Assembly (NCBI GenBank): GCA_964016885.1
Contig: OZ024740.1
Location: 378,882,001 to 378,946,000 of the forward strand
Direction of reading: 5' to 3'
DNA from: Eledone cirrhosa
Taxonomy: Eukaryota
Length of the DNA stretch: 64,000 nt
This document shows positions 61,851-64,000 of the stretch, piece after piece. The number at the start of each line of letters is the position of its first letter. Position 1 is the stretch's first letter. Under the pieces are notes generated by a model. It had not been told where the DNA came from and did not search any database. It saw only the letters and a list, made by a program, of their open reading frames with translations. Both the position numbers and the translations under genes were made by a program.

Positions 61851-64000
61851 GAATATACTACAGCAGTTTCGCATTATCTTCCATGAGTCCAAAGAAATAA
61901 TTGCATTTGGTGCTTACAGAAGTGAACATTACTAACTTTGATGCTTATCTACAGTTAGTTGTTCTGAATCAGTGCATGCTTGCTCTAAGAATGAGGATTG
62001 TTGAAACTTCCGCTCGAAATTCTATATTGTTTAGATGTAGTCAACTGCAAAAATATTCCATGGGAAAGTATGAAACAAAGAAATGTCTGTGAAAATATTT
62101 TGACTATAAATCGACGTTTTCGAGTCTATAAAATAGGAATGAGATCCCGAATGTCTCAAATTTGTGCTATGTAATTTGACTGGCAGGCAATTAATCTACC
62201 ATTTTTGTTAAATTTTCCTCAATCGTAGTACATTTATATAGTTATAGGAAAATAGCTTTGCCAATAATTATAAATATTTAGAGACAAGCTATATTTTTTA
62301 CCAGAGATCTATAAATTTTAATGACATCGGACTTAGGCACAAGACCATGCATTATGTAAAAGATGTAGAATGGATTAAATCGACTCCAGTATTTCACTGG
62401 TACATGTCATCGACTTCAGAATTTAGAAAACAGTTTTAACACGTGTAATTTTCCCTGCCAGCCTAGCAATTCCCACCTTCATCGCCTTTAATATATCCGA
62501 TCTACGCCTATGAATTTGCAATAATGTTTGTCAAACTCACTTGAAATTTTACCTAGAAATAGCTGTCAAATTCCTTCAAAAATTCCAATTAAAAAAAAAG
62601 CATAATGGGCAATGTAATGCATGATATGCAAAAAGACGTGATAGACACGGCTGGAAACCTTTGAACAGGAAGTAAACCAACAGCAACAACAACATTGGAG
62701 TTTGTTTATTAGTAACTTTATATTATTAGTAACTTTACATTCGAGTACAACATTTTCCATTTTCATATGGTAAAGGAGTTCTTGAAGTCTATCATAGATT
62801 GATAATTCCATGACTCCACAAAAATACTTGAGGCTATAATCATTACGTTTCAGCGAGATTGTGTTTCAAGCATATTTATACATCATTAACATTACATGTA
62901 CTTTCGTTTGATGAGCTGTTTGGTAATTATGCTACATGACGTTTCTTAGAATTTTATCTATAATGTTTATATAGACATAAACACATACATTACATACACA
63001 CAAGTACACATATGCATTTATATACTAATATTTAAGTATATTTATGTATATATGTTTGGGCTTGCATTTATACCTATCTCTTTCTCCCACCTTCTCTCTA
63101 TTTCTGTGTATCATATATGTGGATATATGTCTCAAGATATAAGTTCTTTCTCTGTTTTCGATTTAGTTTGTTCTTTTTATATAGTCAAACATATATGACC
63201 TATCAGCTGTAGAACGTTAGCTAAGTCTTTTTGATGTATATACTTGAGAATTAATTCTGAAAAGAATTATTAACCATCAAGTAAATATTTTTCATGCCGT
63301 CACAATGCTTCATATAGAAAGAGATGTTGGGACTTCAATGCCTTTCTCATGTAAATTAATCCTACCACGAATCAAAGCTGGTTTCTGAATCAGAACCACA
63401 AGATGTTCACCTCAACGGCATGCCTTATGAAAGTGTTTGGAGAAGTATAAAAAATGCAGTTTCTAAAATTAGTTTTGTAATTATTCTGAAAGTAGAAGTA
63501 TTTTCCAAGTACCCGTTCTGTTCACCAGAAACTGTGTAAGGTAAATTCAATTCCTTCAACGTGTTATCAAGTAATGAACAGTATAAAACTGTAACGCGTT
63601 AAAGTTTTCGTTACTATTTCTAACTAAATACATTGTATGTCAATTAACTGATGAAGAATTTTGAGTGATTTACGAAGATAGTAACTAAGAGTATAATTCT
63701 TATTTAAAACGAAGATAGTAACTAAGAGTATATTTCTTATTTAAAACTGTGTTGGAAAATTTTAATTTAATTAATGGTTCATAGGACCACAGGGGTTTAG
63801 GTATTATTTAACTTCTGCTCACTCTTATCTTAGTACATATTTTACAGGAAACTGTCAAGGCTAGTTTCAGTGTGTTGTGTCAAAACAAGGACGTCGTATG
63901 AATTAATGTGAGGTTACTGCAAGCAAAGTTGAGAGGGTGTCAGTTTACTGACCTCAGGATGAAAAGTTGTTTCGTGAGTGCGTTGTGTTCACGATCAAAG

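Noticed and set aside
62500-63560. Possible hAT transposase relic or host exons
   Set aside because: Only weak words (MHYIAH); no convincing motif, termini or splice structure by eye.
63671-63747. 38-bp tandem duplication (also 40408-40455)
   Set aside because: Ordinary two-copy slippage duplication.

Overview
Eukaryotic, AT-rich, repeat-saturated DNA. It is animal-like, and the SINE family and microsatellite load suggest an octopus/cephalopod (inference from recall). No host gene can be supported; almost all ORF-track entries are microsatellite translations. The window holds: a near full-length but frameshifted Penelope-like element (PLE) with RT, GIY-YIG and direct pseudo-LTRs (50941-56243); several truncated or inverted PLE copies; two near-identical Tx1/L1 3' copies and a Tx1-type ORF1 with a CCHC knuckle; CR1/L2-like, CRE-like and Gypsy relics; a mariner; a Charlie/SPIN-type hAT and its MITE; about a dozen SINEs; and very long (TA)n arrays. 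The most striking structure is a dense set of minimal type I hammerhead ribozyme motifs from at least ten distinct sequence families. Many sit in short fold-back cassettes embedded in (TA)n, with a ribozyme core on each strand and a single-copy tail. In several unrelated families that tail starts with a shared (A/G)CTC..GAG(T/C) hairpin a few bases beyond where the inverted arm stops. All motifs were found and folded by eye; no activity or database match has been tested.
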